The position numbers and the translations under genes are program-made. Below are positions 17,684 through 28,072 of a stretch of DNA of 64,000 nucleotides, in pieces; position 1 is the first letter of the stretch; each line of letters begins with the position of its first letter. Below the pieces are notes generated by a model. The model did not search any database. It was given only the letters and a program-made list of their open reading frames with translations, and was not told the DNA's origin. Source of the DNA: an uncultured virus (IMG/VR IMGVR_UViG_3300005469_000597) (Duplodnaviria; Heunggongvirae; Uroviricota; Caudoviricetes). The stretch lies in the IMG/VR virus record IMGVR_UViG_3300005469_000597; one strand, 5' to 3'.

Positions 17684-20274
17684 AGCTCTATCTCCTTTAC
17701 GATTAGTTTATACTTCACCGTCTCGGCTTTGGCGTACTTGAAGGATACCTCTTTGAGGAAGCCTCGGTAAGTGATGCCGTTGGATTGTACCTCATAGAGC
17801 GCGTTCACATCAAGTTTGGTGTCAACATCAGCCGATGAGAACTGAACCTCACCAAGCGTAAAAAGCTGCTCGTTCAGTTGCAGGTCTGCGTTACCCTTTA
17901 TGCCATCGATGCTGACATCCGTATTGCCGTCAAACGATGCGAATTTAAGGGTCATGGGACACATGGCAGCGGCAATGTATGCGGCATTGGCTTTGGCGCA
18001 GAGATATGGAGAATACTCGCCGTTGAAAACATCAGAGGATAATGCTCCAGATATTGTGCATCCTGACCTATCTATTTTAAGAGTGGAACTCTGTGTGATT
18101 TCAGTTTCCTCGTCACCTCGTGAGCCTTCAGATTCTTCCTCTTCTACCTTGACTGAACAATAGGCGAAGAAAACTGTGTTGTCGCTCTTATTATCCTTTG
18201 TATCTTTGGCTCGCTCTTGTGAAAGAAACTCAAAGCCGTAGCAGTCGGCGCGGTACTTGCTGATAAGTGAAAGTTTCTTCTCGAACTTATCAACACCGGT
18301 AGTATATTGTGCAGAGAAATTCCACTCATCACGGCCACATTCTGCCTCATATTCCTGCTTGTCGTAGCCAATAGTCAAAGCAGAATAGGCAAGGGCTGTG
18401 TTTATGCTGAAATTCAACTCTCGGATATTAGATAGTCTTACAGTTTTAGTGCCAGCGAATATCTCGGTTCGTGGAACGAAATAGATAGTTTGAGAGTCAC
18501 ACGCTCCTTTGTTGACATCTCCCACATAAGATTGGAGCGTGTAGGTGTCATCGAAATACACGCCTTGGTTGTAGTCCGCATCATAGAAAAGAGTGTCAAG
18601 ACGCGCTTTTCCAGTCTCGGAGTCGTTGTAATCTTCGCTACCATCCCATTTTGTATAGAAATTAAGCGTGCCGTCTGCATTATAATCATCGCCCATGACA
18701 GCAAAGTAGGGCGTACCCTCCACGATTATTACCTGACTGCCATGACCACCGGGACATTGCGTATGCAAAAGATGAGCTGTTCCTAACGGAAATTCCAAAG
18801 AATATTCCTGAATGCGTTTGAATTGCGCCTTTGCTCGTGGACCGAGATAATAAGTATACCCGAATACAGTCTCCATCCAATCGCAGAAATCGTTGAACGA
18901 AGTATAGAATTTGGCTCCGGGAATATTACGGACACTCTCAGCAGCGAATAAGTATGTCTTCGCAATTCGGGGATCTGTATCTTTAATCTGAGCGTCAACA
19001 TTCAGACTATTCTCTACGATTTTAGACATCAGCGAGTTGAGAACTGATGTCGGTCTCAGAGCGTCTATTGATATTGTTTTGGCTTTGCTCTCCCATCGAG
19101 TTTCGATTTTTGATGAAAGAGCCATTGATTTTTGGCGGAATTGCGAGCCTGGATATTTATCTGACATTGAAAGCTCATAAAATAGAGCATAGCAAGTTCC
19201 TGCGCTTATATTGGAAAGATTAAATTTATATTGAAAAACAAATTGAGAGCAGCCTCTTCCATTTACTGGCCCTCCACGATAGGCGTGTGTGGCCCAGGGG
19301 CTTGCATGTATCCACTCTTTGGGCGTTATATTCCCTATTGGCGAAATATAAGCCTCGTTTGCTGTTTCCCATTTTTCACCAACCAATGCCCAGGAATTGT
19401 TAGGGGGTGTAGGATAACGACGTTTTAATGCTTCAAATGTTGGAAATAATCCTAAATATTGTCTTTGAGACTCACTATTTGATGTATAGTTGAGTAATTC
19501 TCCGAGATTGGTATAAGTGTTCGCATTATAATCCTTATTAGCCTTGTTGAAAGACATTAAGTAGATTTTTGCACTATTTATAGTGGCCCCAAAACTCTCA
19601 GGTCTGGATATCCTTATTTCTATGTCAATGCTAATATCTTTAGCGGTACTTACAACTTCAAGGAAACATGCTCCACTGTCATCGCTTTGGTCTTGGAAAA
19701 GAACTGGACTATTTTCGTATGTTTCACCATCACAGACTAAATATGTCGGCAACCTCTTCAGATTGGCAGGATACAGCAAAACTTTATTGGAGTTGTTGGC
19801 TGTTTCATCGCCAATAATCTCATGGACACAGCTGTTCCGCATCGTTATTCTATCAAATTCGAGAGAACTTGCAACCGGAATATCCTGCCCGACAACGAAC
19901 TCATACTTGGTGCCTTTCTTAGCTTTGATAGCAGCGGCGAGGCTATCGTCGATGCAGTTCATCTTGACGATGTAGTTGTCCCACTCTATCGAGGAGAAAT
20001 CAAGGTCGCAGGTGAATTGTTCCTCCCAGGCCCATTCATTCGTGATGGTGTAGAGTGAAATCGCCGCACGGGCGTTGACTCCATCACGCAGATACAGCGC
20101 CATGAGTCTGTCGTACATCTCTCCGACAAATTCAAACTGTGTGGTGAATGAGCGTGTCACGCCGCTGAAATCAGAGCGCTTGTAGACACACTTTATCTCG
20201 TCCCAATTCTTCAGGCATCCTTTGGGAACTTCGGCCTTTACGCCGTCTATCTCTATGTAGTATTTCGTGAGCAT
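17680..20274 (-). CDS. Large tail/baseplate-region structural protein
   Basis: Long ORF between tape measure and fibre genes; ATG 20274 (MLTKYYIE) preferred; TACCTTTG box at 20279-20286. Confidence 0.7.
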   Translation of the reverse strand: MLTKYYIEIDGVKAEVPKGCLKNWDEIKCVYKRSDFSGVTRSFTTQFEFVGEMYDRLMALYLRDGVNARAAISLYTITNEWAWEEQFTCDLDFSSIEWDNYIVKMNCIDDSLAAAIKAKKGTKYEFVVGQDIPVASSLEFDRITMRNSCVHEIIGDETANNSNKVLLYPANLKRLPTYLVCDGETYENSPVLFQDQSDDSGACFLEVVSTAKDISIDIEIRISRPESFGATINSAKIYLMSFNKANKDYNANTYTNLGELLNYTSNSESQRQYLGLFPTFEALKRRYPTPPNNSWALVGEKWETANEAYISPIGNITPKEWIHASPWATHAYRGGPVNGRGCSQFVFQYKFNLSNISAGTCYALFYELSMSDKYPGSQFRQKSMALSSKIETRWESKAKTISIDALRPTSVLNSLMSKIVENSLNVDAQIKDTDPRIAKTYLFAAESVRNIPGAKFYTSFNDFCDWMETVFGYTYYLGPRAKAQFKRIQEYSLEFPLGTAHLLHTQCPGGHGSQVIIVEGTPYFAVMGDDYNADGTLNFYTKWDGSEDYNDSETGKARLDTLFYDADYNQGVYFDDTYTLQSYVGDVNKGACDSQTIYFVPRTEIFAGTKTVRLSNIRELNFSINTALAYSALTIGYDKQEYEAECGRDEWNFSAQYTTGVDKFEKKLSLISKYRADCYGFEFLSQERAKDTKDNKSDNTVFFAYCSVKVEEEESEGSRGDEETEITQSSTLKIDRSGCTISGALSSDVFNGEYSPYLCAKANAAYIAAAMCPMTLKFASFDGNTDVSIDGIKGNADLQLNEQLFTLGEVQFSSADVDTKLDVNALYEVQSNGITYRGFLKEVSFKYAKAETVKYKLIVKEIEL

Positions 20275-20407
20275 GGAGCAAAGGTAACTCAAAAGTGTTC
20301 CCATGCTCCAAAACCTTGAAAAAACTGGTTTTTTGAAAAAGCGCATAATCCACTCTAACTAACTGTTATTGTGAACTATGCGCCGAAGTTAGCCCTGAAA
20401 GCGAACT

Positions 20408-20740
20408 TTAGATTGTGCAGATGAGGTTCTCAATCTTGAAGCAACGGAAGGAGTTTTTCTCGGTGTCGAAGTAGGCCATAGTCTTGTAGGAGGGCTTGGT
20501 CACTTTCTTGCCGCCGAGGGTGGCACCGGCAGGAAGATTTTTGAGAGTACCCATAGCCTTGCGGATGGTGCCGTCGGCTTTCTCGTAGTAGAATGTTACC
20601 ACTCCCTCGCGCATGGCTTTTGCAAGCCGGTAGAGCTGCCACGCTTTTATCATGCAGATGCGCCACTGCTGTTTGGTGGCACGCCAAAGCTGCCATGCGT
20701 ACTTCATCACTCTTGCTCTAAAATTGATTTTCTTTTCCAT
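20408..20740 (-). CDS. SH3-fold / DUF2693 (WYL-like) protein
   Basis: VTFYYEKADGTIRKAMGTL...YFDTEKNSFRCFK. Confidence 0.7.
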   Translation of the reverse strand: MEKKINFRARVMKYAWQLWRATKQQWRICMIKAWQLYRLAKAMREGVVTFYYEKADGTIRKAMGTLKNLPAGATLGGKKVTKPSYKTMAYFDTEKNSFRCFKIENLICTI

Positions 20741-20748
20741 GATTATGG

Positions 20749-20888
20749 GGTTTTATTGGTTTGACTTATGTTCTCGTAAGGTGTTTTAGTATCTCCCTTA
20801 CACCTGTAAAGTTAGGGCACGAAAACAGATATTGCAAACAAAATAACCACCATTTAATCACCATTTTACCGCCTTAACATTTACTGAC
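20749..20888 (-). promoter_or_regulatory. Phage promoter/leader cassette copy 1
   Basis: AAATGGTG x2, TTTG-N20-TAACTTTACAG, leader AAGTCAAACCAATAAAACC. Confidence 0.8.
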
Positions 20889-21368
20889 GTTTATGCCAAT
20901 ATGTGTCAAGGCTTCGCGGATGCGCTTGCGTCCGGCAAAGAGCCTGCTCCTGATTGTGGCCGGGAGTGCGTCCATCATTTCGGCTATCTCGCTGACAGTA
21001 TAGCCATCGACAAAGAGCTGCACACATCGGACGCTGTTGAACTCCTCGGCCAATTCCTCTATGGCACCCCGGACAATGGATGCTTGTACCTCCTCTTCGG
21101 GAGTCAGGACCATAGGCGCGTCATAGTCCAACAACGGCAGGAACTCGATACGCTTCTTCCTGCTCAGCTGCGTGAACCGCAGATTATACATGATTGTCTG
21201 CGCCCAGGGCCGGAACTCACGTTGTGTGTCAAACCGTGAGCCGCTTTCAAGTATCCTGAGAACGGTGTCGGCAACAAGATCCTCGGCATCATACTCGTTA
21301 TAGCATAGCCTGCGGGCCTTGGCAAACAGCCATTCATAATTCGATATGACAAGGTTTTCAATCTTCAT
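20874..21368 (-). CDS. ECF-type RNA polymerase sigma factor
   Basis: DAEDLVADT (region 2), FRPW, GYTVSEIAEMM..TIRSRLFAGR (region 4 HTH). Confidence 0.85.
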   Translation of the reverse strand: MKIENLVISNYEWLFAKARRLCYNEYDAEDLVADTVLRILESGSRFDTQREFRPWAQTIMYNLRFTQLSRKKRIEFLPLLDYDAPMVLTPEEEVQASIVRGAIEELAEEFNSVRCVQLFVDGYTVSEIAEMMDALPATIRSRLFAGRKRIREALTHIGINVSKC

Positions 21369-21589
21369 CGGCGCGGCTTTCGAGATGGGAAGGTCTCTCG
21401 GAAGCGTTGCGCTTCTTTAATGGCCTGGGCTTTCATTCGCCGGGCCTGAAGGTGCATGAGGCTGATGGTCCGGTCTAATTCCTTTTCTTCGGCTCGTGGA
21501 CGGAGCAGGGCGAGTATCGTATCGCACTTGCGCTCTATGCGTGCAAGTCGTTTCCTACTGTGTTGATAATGGGGGTTGTCTTTTTTCAT
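21365..21589 (-). CDS. Hypothetical basic protein
   Basis: 74-aa ORF overlapping the sigma start (ATGA). Confidence 0.6.
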   Translation of the reverse strand: MKKDNPHYQHSRKRLARIERKCDTILALLRPRAEEKELDRTISLMHLQARRMKAQAIKEAQRFRETFPSRKPRR

Positions 21590-21647
21590 AACTCATTGTG
21601 ATTTGAAATGAGTTACTAACAACTCCCTCTATAATTTGAGTGGATAA

Positions 21648-21683
21648 TAAAAAAACAGACAAACCGCCGTTCGGTCTGCCTGT
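21648..21683 (-). terminator. Intrinsic terminator
   Basis: ACAGGCAGACCG-AACGG-CGGTTTGTCTGT followed by a T-run on minus strand. Confidence 0.75.
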
Positions 21684-21717
21684 CCTCTATGCAAAATTAT
21701 GATTTTATGCTAAATCA

Positions 21718-22296
21718 TCAGTGCTGCTTCATGGCTTTTTTCATCGCTTTCATCTCTGCGTGGTACCGGGCCACAAGATGAGCGAACACCGGAGCCATCA
21801 TCTTGACCACATCAATCTGGAATTTGAAGTGAGCCATCATCGCGGCAATCATCCCGTTAAAGGCGTTGCGGATGTTTTCTTTCTCTTCCTCTGAGTTGTC
21901 ATCGTCTTTGTCTGCCTCATCAAAGGCTCGTTTGCTTTTCTGGAGTTGAATGTGTACCTCAGACTCGATGCGCTTGTCATTCCATCCCTCGGCAGGGAGT
22001 CCGGCGGCAATCAGAACCTCTCTTGTTCTCTCTAACTGTCCCAAAAGGACGAGGTTCTGACACATGGAATAGACGGTAACGGCAATCCGGGATTTGATTA
22101 TGGCATCCACACGCTGAAGATATGTGGCGTTGCCGCCGGGGTCGGCGATGCTTCGATACTCCATGACTATGTTACGGAGCGCGATAGTCAGCTTATAGGG
22201 GTTCGGTATCTCGTGCTTACCGAGAATCACGTCCTTATTGCCGCACACGAGGTCTATGAACTCGGCGGTCGTGAGTTGGTCTAATCGGGTTTTCAT
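21718..22296 (-). CDS. Hypothetical protein downstream of tape measure
   Basis: 192-aa ORF with ATGA overlap. Confidence 0.65.
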   Translation of the reverse strand: MKTRLDQLTTAEFIDLVCGNKDVILGKHEIPNPYKLTIALRNIVMEYRSIADPGGNATYLQRVDAIIKSRIAVTVYSMCQNLVLLGQLERTREVLIAAGLPAEGWNDKRIESEVHIQLQKSKRAFDEADKDDDNSEEEKENIRNAFNGMIAAMMAHFKFQIDVVKMMAPVFAHLVARYHAEMKAMKKAMKQH

Positions 22297-25200
22297 ACGC
22301 TCTTGCTGGTTAAGTAACGCGCAAGCTGACTGTCTATGTCAGACTGTCGCCGTGTGCGAGATTCACGTTGTTTTATGAATATGAGGTTATCAAGACGGTC
22401 TATGACTTTGGCGTCATTGTACGTTTTGGGAGCGTCGTTACCGCCCTGCATCAAAGGCCGGGCTACGGATAGCTCCGACTCGTCAAGGTTTGACACATCA
22501 GGAATGACGGAGGCACCGGCCGGCAGATCAACGAGCGTCGGTTTGTCAGGCGTAATCCACGCATTGCCGCCATAGGTGATGACCTCCGGCACACCACCAT
22601 CACCGACGATTGCCGGACCGCCTTTGTGGTGGCTCGTACCTTTGGCATACTTAGGCAGAGGTGTGGCGATAATGGTAGCCAGCTGTACGGCTCCCATCGC
22701 GGCGGCTATGGCGGCCATAGCGATACCGACAGGGAACGGTTGCATCTGTAAAGCGTTCATTATGGCTATGGCCGTGGCTATACCGCACTGGGCGATGCTG
22801 TTCAACTTGTCAAACTTGGCCTGCTTTTCTTTGAGCTTGGCCTTTTTCTTTTCAAGTTCCTCGTTCTTCTTGGCGGTCTTGTCCTCGGCTGCACGCTTGC
22901 GGGCCTCGCCCTCCTCTTCAGTGATTACGTTCTGCTCTACCATCTGCGCAATACGCTCCTGCTCGGCTTCTCCGGCCTCCGTATTGGCTTCCTGCTCTTC
23001 CTCGACTTTTGAGATTTTGGCATCGTAAATGGTGCTGACAAGGTCGTTGATCGAGTTGAGAGAGTCTGCGGCTACCTGCAACCACTGCTGTGCGTTCTTT
23101 ATGCGCTGCTCTCTGGATTTGGCGTCCTTCTCGTTGACACGCTCGATATTGGCAATGGCGGCATCGGCCATCTGCTGTTCAAGTTGTGCCTTTGCCTGGG
23201 CCAACTGACGCTCCAGATTGGCGCGTTCCTCGGCAGATAAATTCTCAGTCTTGAGCTGTTCCTCAATAAGCGCAATGGCACTCCGGGCCGTCTGTACTGC
23301 ATACTTCTGCTGAATATCCGCCGACTCTTGCTCAAATTGTTCTTTCAACCGAGTCTGAGCAGCTGCATCGCCCTTGGCAGCGGCAAGTTTCTTAGCATAC
23401 TGGGCCTTGAGATTGTTGAGTTCGACAATCAAGGCGGTGTTGGATGACTCTTCTTGATCAGCATACTTTTTCTGTATGACTTGAAGCTGCTTGGCGGCAA
23501 ACTCAGTTTCTGCATCTTCTCGGAGTTTCTGATACTTTCGTTCAAGATTGAGTCTCATCTCCTCGGCCTGTTCAACAGTGAGGGTTTGGTCAGCCTCTGC
23601 CTTTTGGACAGTCAGGAGTTCAGCGGCATATTGGTTATCCAATGCTTTGAGCGTCCAGTCGTATTCTTCCTGACTGCCATTCTTTACATACGAAAGATGA
23701 GAGGAAATCAAATCGGACTCTGTTTTGAGCCTACGTTCAGCAAAGGAAAATTCTATATCCTGAAGTTTGCGATTATGTTCAGCAGTCAGTCCTTCTATCT
23801 GTTGATTAAGGGCTGTGCGCAGTTTAACCTCTGTCGTTTTAGTCTTGGAAAGTCTTTCCTGCAATTCTTTCAGCTTACGGTTGTATGCAAGATTCTCGGC
23901 CTGACGCTGGCGCTCCAGACTATCGGTTATTATTTTGAGAAGCGCATCCTCTCCGGCTTGCACCTCTTTTTTAAGGTCATTGGCCGATTTCTTGGCAGCA
24001 GCAACGCGCTTTTTATCGACTTTCGGCTCATCTTTTTTTATTTCCGTGGTTGTATATGGCAGTTCCCCTTTACTGGGGTCTCCGGGATGTTCCACGACTT
24101 CAGTATGTGGTGCTGTCTTTAAGTCATACCATGTGCCGAGTTTGGCTTTCTCGTTATTCCACTTTGCCGTAATTGCATCGACCCTGCGACCATATTCTTC
24201 CAAAGACAGACCGAGGTTTGCCAAATCATCAATCTGCCTTTGATAGTATGTATCGCAGGTGTCAAGGAGCGCCCTATATGCCTTGTCAATCTGATAGACT
24301 GCATATTCGTGTTCGCCCATAGAATTACGGATGGCGGCATCCTCAACCTCAGCGATTTTAGAGAGGACATTGTTGTGAGCGTCCTCAAGAGCTGCATAGT
24401 AGTCCTGAGTAGCCTGCAATTTAGCATCAAGGGCATCCTTGTACTCATCCTCATCATCATCGTATGCGGCTCTTGCGGCGGCAAAAGCCTTTTCTGCCTG
24501 GTCCATCTCAGCCTTACGGCATTCTATGGCAAGGTTGCTCAATTCCTGTTCCTGAACGCCACGGGCTTTTGCCTGATCAACAAGTTTATCATTGTTCTTC
24601 TTTAAATCTTCAAGAGCTTTTTTCTCCTCCTCATACTTCTTTTTACGGGCCTCACTATCACCTCCGAATATGTTGAAAACCTTTATAAGCCCATACACAG
24701 CCGCAATACAGGCCATAATTGCGAGAACAAGGAGTCCGATAGGATTTGCATAGCACGCCTTGTTGAACAGCCATTGAGCGGCAGTGAGCAGTTTTGTAGT
24801 AACAACTCCCTTACCCTCGGCCGCAGTCTTGAGTTTAATTGCAATGGCCCCGGCCTTTGTCTGCAAGTTCGCTACGCCCTGCATCACGGCAGACTGTTTT
24901 TGCAAAGAGTTTTGAATCTTTGTCATCGCATTGCTGGCAGCGATGGCAGCTTGCAGTTTGGTTTGAATCTCGGCTAATTCCCCCTCACTGATACCCAACA
25001 TCTCGGCGGCGCCGGCGGCGAGACCGAAACCATCTATGGCAAGTTGAATCGTTCCGCTAAGTTGGTCGAACCCACGAGTATCAGACGCGGCATTAGTTAT
25101 GGCGGCGTTGGTATCTGCAATGGCATCTTTGAGTACACCGGCCTTTTCAGTAAGATCGCGGATATGTTCTGCAAGTTCCTGTCCCTCGGCCGAGTTCTTC

Positions 25201-26309
25201 TCTTCCTCTGATAGATTCTGGTACTCTATGGTAAGATTGGCAATTTCCAGCACCAATTCTTTTAGGTCTCGTTTGACACTGGATGTGGTGCCACCGGTTT
25301 CTCCGAGAGAACGACGGGCATCCTCAACAGCCGCAGTCTGCTCATCAAGAGTTTTCTTGGTCTCTTTTGCAGCAACAGATACCTCATCTATGCTTGCGGC
25401 CAATTTCTTGCCCTCGGCACTCGCTTTGTCGGCCTCGGACATTTTACCGTATGCGGATTGGAGAGCCGCAAGTGTTCCAACAAGTTCATCATATTTCTTC
25501 TTGAGGTCATTGTTCGCTACTGCATAATTACCGACATTACGCTGAAATTCGCCCATGTCGGCCGCCATATCTTTGAGGTGCGCGTCAAGGTTCTGAATGG
25601 TCTCTTCCATTTCTTTGCCGAAATCGGAGGCTTTGGCCTCATCGCCCATCTCCTTGTAGGCTTTCTTCAACAATTCGAGTTGCTGAGAGAGCTGTACATA
25701 GCTGCCTTCAACTGCTTGGTTAGCTTTCTCCTCAGCCGTCATTATTTGGTTGAGGGTGCGCTTCTGCTGTGTGAGGTCGCGTGTGGAGGCCATAAGTTCA
25801 GCCTGCGCCTTTGCAAAATCAGACGCTGACATACGCCCCATTTTAAGAGCCTGCTCATTGGATTTCTGCTTCTTCTTGTTCTCTTCGAGTTCACGATTGA
25901 TGCGTATTAACGAATCAATCTGATTTTCGTAAGTGTCGTGATACTGGTCCAGGAGTTTCTTGACGCGCTCCTGCTCGGTGTAGGCTGCACGAGTGGTTTT
26001 GTTGACGCGCTCCTGCTCCATCAACTGCCGGGATATGGTGTTGGTGGTATTGGCAATGACCTCACTCTGCTGGCGCATTACGTTGGTGAGGTTTTGTTGT
26101 GCCTCGGCCGCCTCCTTACCTTTATCTACAAGCAGCTTCTCCAGTCTTTCAATGTCGCCGGCAACCTTAATATTTATCTCAAGACCCTGCGCCAAATCCT
26201 TGGCAACCTTAGTGTAGGTGTCAAGGACGGTTATTAACTCAGCATCGAGTTCTTTGAGTTTCCTAATCTCATCGGGATCGACGAGGTCTGTTATTTTTAT
26301 ATCAGCCAT
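22293..26309 (-). CDS. Tail tape measure protein
   Basis: 1338 aa coiled-coil/Ala-rich; QRNVGNY, ANPIG, PKYAKG motifs. Confidence 0.9.
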   Translation of the reverse strand: MADIKITDLVDPDEIRKLKELDAELITVLDTYTKVAKDLAQGLEINIKVAGDIERLEKLLVDKGKEAAEAQQNLTNVMRQQSEVIANTTNTISRQLMEQERVNKTTRAAYTEQERVKKLLDQYHDTYENQIDSLIRINRELEENKKKQKSNEQALKMGRMSASDFAKAQAELMASTRDLTQQKRTLNQIMTAEEKANQAVEGSYVQLSQQLELLKKAYKEMGDEAKASDFGKEMEETIQNLDAHLKDMAADMGEFQRNVGNYAVANNDLKKKYDELVGTLAALQSAYGKMSEADKASAEGKKLAASIDEVSVAAKETKKTLDEQTAAVEDARRSLGETGGTTSSVKRDLKELVLEIANLTIEYQNLSEEEKNSAEGQELAEHIRDLTEKAGVLKDAIADTNAAITNAASDTRGFDQLSGTIQLAIDGFGLAAGAAEMLGISEGELAEIQTKLQAAIAASNAMTKIQNSLQKQSAVMQGVANLQTKAGAIAIKLKTAAEGKGVVTTKLLTAAQWLFNKACYANPIGLLVLAIMACIAAVYGLIKVFNIFGGDSEARKKKYEEEKKALEDLKKNNDKLVDQAKARGVQEQELSNLAIECRKAEMDQAEKAFAAARAAYDDDEDEYKDALDAKLQATQDYYAALEDAHNNVLSKIAEVEDAAIRNSMGEHEYAVYQIDKAYRALLDTCDTYYQRQIDDLANLGLSLEEYGRRVDAITAKWNNEKAKLGTWYDLKTAPHTEVVEHPGDPSKGELPYTTTEIKKDEPKVDKKRVAAAKKSANDLKKEVQAGEDALLKIITDSLERQRQAENLAYNRKLKELQERLSKTKTTEVKLRTALNQQIEGLTAEHNRKLQDIEFSFAERRLKTESDLISSHLSYVKNGSQEEYDWTLKALDNQYAAELLTVQKAEADQTLTVEQAEEMRLNLERKYQKLREDAETEFAAKQLQVIQKKYADQEESSNTALIVELNNLKAQYAKKLAAAKGDAAAQTRLKEQFEQESADIQQKYAVQTARSAIALIEEQLKTENLSAEERANLERQLAQAKAQLEQQMADAAIANIERVNEKDAKSREQRIKNAQQWLQVAADSLNSINDLVSTIYDAKISKVEEEQEANTEAGEAEQERIAQMVEQNVITEEEGEARKRAAEDKTAKKNEELEKKKAKLKEKQAKFDKLNSIAQCGIATAIAIMNALQMQPFPVGIAMAAIAAAMGAVQLATIIATPLPKYAKGTSHHKGGPAIVGDGGVPEVITYGGNAWITPDKPTLVDLPAGASVIPDVSNLDESELSVARPLMQGGNDAPKTYNDAKVIDRLDNLIFIKQRESRTRRQSDIDSQLARYLTSKSV

Positions 26310-26497
26310 CAGAACTGAGTTATGTATTCAATAATCGGTTTACTTATCTCGACAGATACGCTACAAAAGCCATATGTCCCGTCAGGATTGCTATATATGG
26401 CCACGGTGGTATCTTCCATTCTCGCGTATGCCTTGGCGAGTTTCCTAATACGTTCTATCTCGCCGCCGAGTTTCCTATGTTCACAATCGCAACTCAT
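26309..26497 (-). CDS. Small hypothetical protein
   Basis: MSCDCEH start overlaps upstream stop; own stop overlaps the tape-measure ATG. Confidence 0.55.
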   Translation of the reverse strand: MSCDCEHRKLGGEIERIRKLAKAYARMEDTTVAIYSNPDGTYGFCSVSVEISKPIIEYITQF

Positions 26498-27009
26498 TGG
26501 TATCCGCAATCTTTGAAAAATTTTATTATTGAGGGCAGAAGGTACTCTCGGTTGAAGTATTCGACAGCCGACGGACCCATGTTGAGGATTTCATCACCAA
26601 ACTTGGCCACAATCGCCGGGCCGTCGCCGGTGCCGGGGTCTACATGAAGGACGTCGCCCCGGCGATCAGCGAGGATGTCGGAGAAGAATTTGCCGTTGAT
26701 GTAAAGGTTCGGCACGTTCTCCGGGCGCGGAGGTAGTCCAAGCAATGTACTGCCGCGTGGGGGCGTGATGTCTCTCTTCCATGCCTTGTATGCAGCGTTC
26801 CTATGGTGCCAATAACCTTCCTCCTCAAAATATGGGTCATCGTCATAGGTAGGAGACAGCAGTTCACCAGCACCGTTCTGGCCGCTGTATATCTGCTCCT
26901 GAACGGCGATAACGACATTGCCCGAATGGTCGGAGAGGCATTTCATGCCGTTCTCCTCAAAACCATCGGCAATCTTATGAATGATGTCTGCTACCTTCGA
27001 GATATTCAT
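26494..27009 (-). CDS. Tail-region hypothetical protein
   Basis: 171-aa ORF in the morphogenesis operon. Confidence 0.65.
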   Translation of the reverse strand: MNISKVADIIHKIADGFEENGMKCLSDHSGNVVIAVQEQIYSGQNGAGELLSPTYDDDPYFEEEGYWHHRNAAYKAWKRDITPPRGSTLLGLPPRPENVPNLYINGKFFSDILADRRGDVLHVDPGTGDGPAIVAKFGDEILNMGPSAVEYFNREYLLPSIIKFFKDCGYQ

Positions 27010-27054
27010 GTCTGATAAATCAAGGGGGCGAGATTTGCACCCCGCCCCCGTTAG

Positions 27055-27228
27055 TCACTTGGCTTTCTTAGGCCCGGCGCAAAGGTCGTATGCCTGCGAG
27101 AGCATTTTTCTGCGGGTCTCCTCGTCCTTGTCTCTCCAGAAGATGTTGAGATGGCTGGAGATAAACTCCGTTTTCTTCATCTTCAGGACTTCGGACTTGA
27201 TGAATGTTACGTTCTCGAACTTGATCAT
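27055..27228 (-). CDS. 57-aa hypothetical protein (not in ORF track)
   Basis: MIKFENVTFIKSEV...GPKKAK; ATGA overlap with the tail-tube gene; followed by a GC hairpin at 27024-27049. Confidence 0.6.
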   Translation of the reverse strand: MIKFENVTFIKSEVLKMKKTEFISSHLNIFWRDKDEETRRKMLSQAYDLCAGPKKAK

Positions 27229-28070
27229 ACCTGCTCGATGCCTTCAATGCCAGCCTCGAACAGTGCGCTCGGCGCTTTGAGAGCCGGAACGACACCGCCA
27301 GTAGTGGCGATGGTGAGTGTTTCGGTGCTTTCGTTGTAAGTCACGCCGGAAGCACCGCCGGTGATGAGGTTGGCATTGTCTGCGAGCAGCTTGCCGTAGG
27401 TGGAGGTGAGGTCATAACCGCCTACTTTCTCCAGCAGCTTGTAATCGTTGCCGGTGGTGCCGGCCTTGACGAGTTCTACCGGGGTTAGGCCTACGACTGC
27501 GCGGGCAATGGCGAAATCGAGCTGAACGAAATCCATGTTCTCGAAGTAGTAGCGTGCGTCCTCGAACGCAAACGATACATCCATTGTAGCGGCGGCCGAC
27601 GATGTGGGATGAGGTGTCGGAGTCGAATAGACGGTACTCATCGGTATGCCGGCGAGAGTGTCGGTGCCGTCGTTGAGTCCGTAAATGACGTTCTTCTCGT
27701 CGTAGAAGTACGCATCCCATGCCTTGTTGGCAGTCTTGGTAAGAGAGGCATTGAGTTCGGGATAGAACTTGTCCATCGTAAAGGTATAGGTCAGCGCACT
27801 GATGCCCGTCATCTGAGATGGGCCGTAGCCGTTGGCCGCTACTTGCGGCTCGCCGCCGTTCTTGGCAAACTCGACGAATGGCAGAATCGGATAGATACGC
27901 TCCGGGCGGTCGGCATGGCAGAGTTCCTTGGCTTTGGTGGCCGTGAACTCGGCGGGCAGCTTGACCCCGTGAGGAACTAAGATTGCGCCTTTCACCTTTT
28001 CAGGGTCAAGGTGACATTTTGAAACACCGGTATTGAGGTTTGAGCCGGTGCAGGTTCTTGTCTTTCTCAT
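27225..28070 (-). CDS. Probable major tail (tube) protein
   Basis: 281 aa, position in operon, GC-rich codon style like the capsid gene. Confidence 0.65.
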   Translation of the reverse strand: MRKTRTCTGSNLNTGVSKCHLDPEKVKGAILVPHGVKLPAEFTATKAKELCHADRPERIYPILPFVEFAKNGGEPQVAANGYGPSQMTGISALTYTFTMDKFYPELNASLTKTANKAWDAYFYDEKNVIYGLNDGTDTLAGIPMSTVYSTPTPHPTSSAAATMDVSFAFEDARYYFENMDFVQLDFAIARAVVGLTPVELVKAGTTGNDYKLLEKVGGYDLTSTYGKLLADNANLITGGASGVTYNESTETLTIATTGGVVPALKAPSALFEAGIEGIEQV

Positions 28071-28072
28071 AA

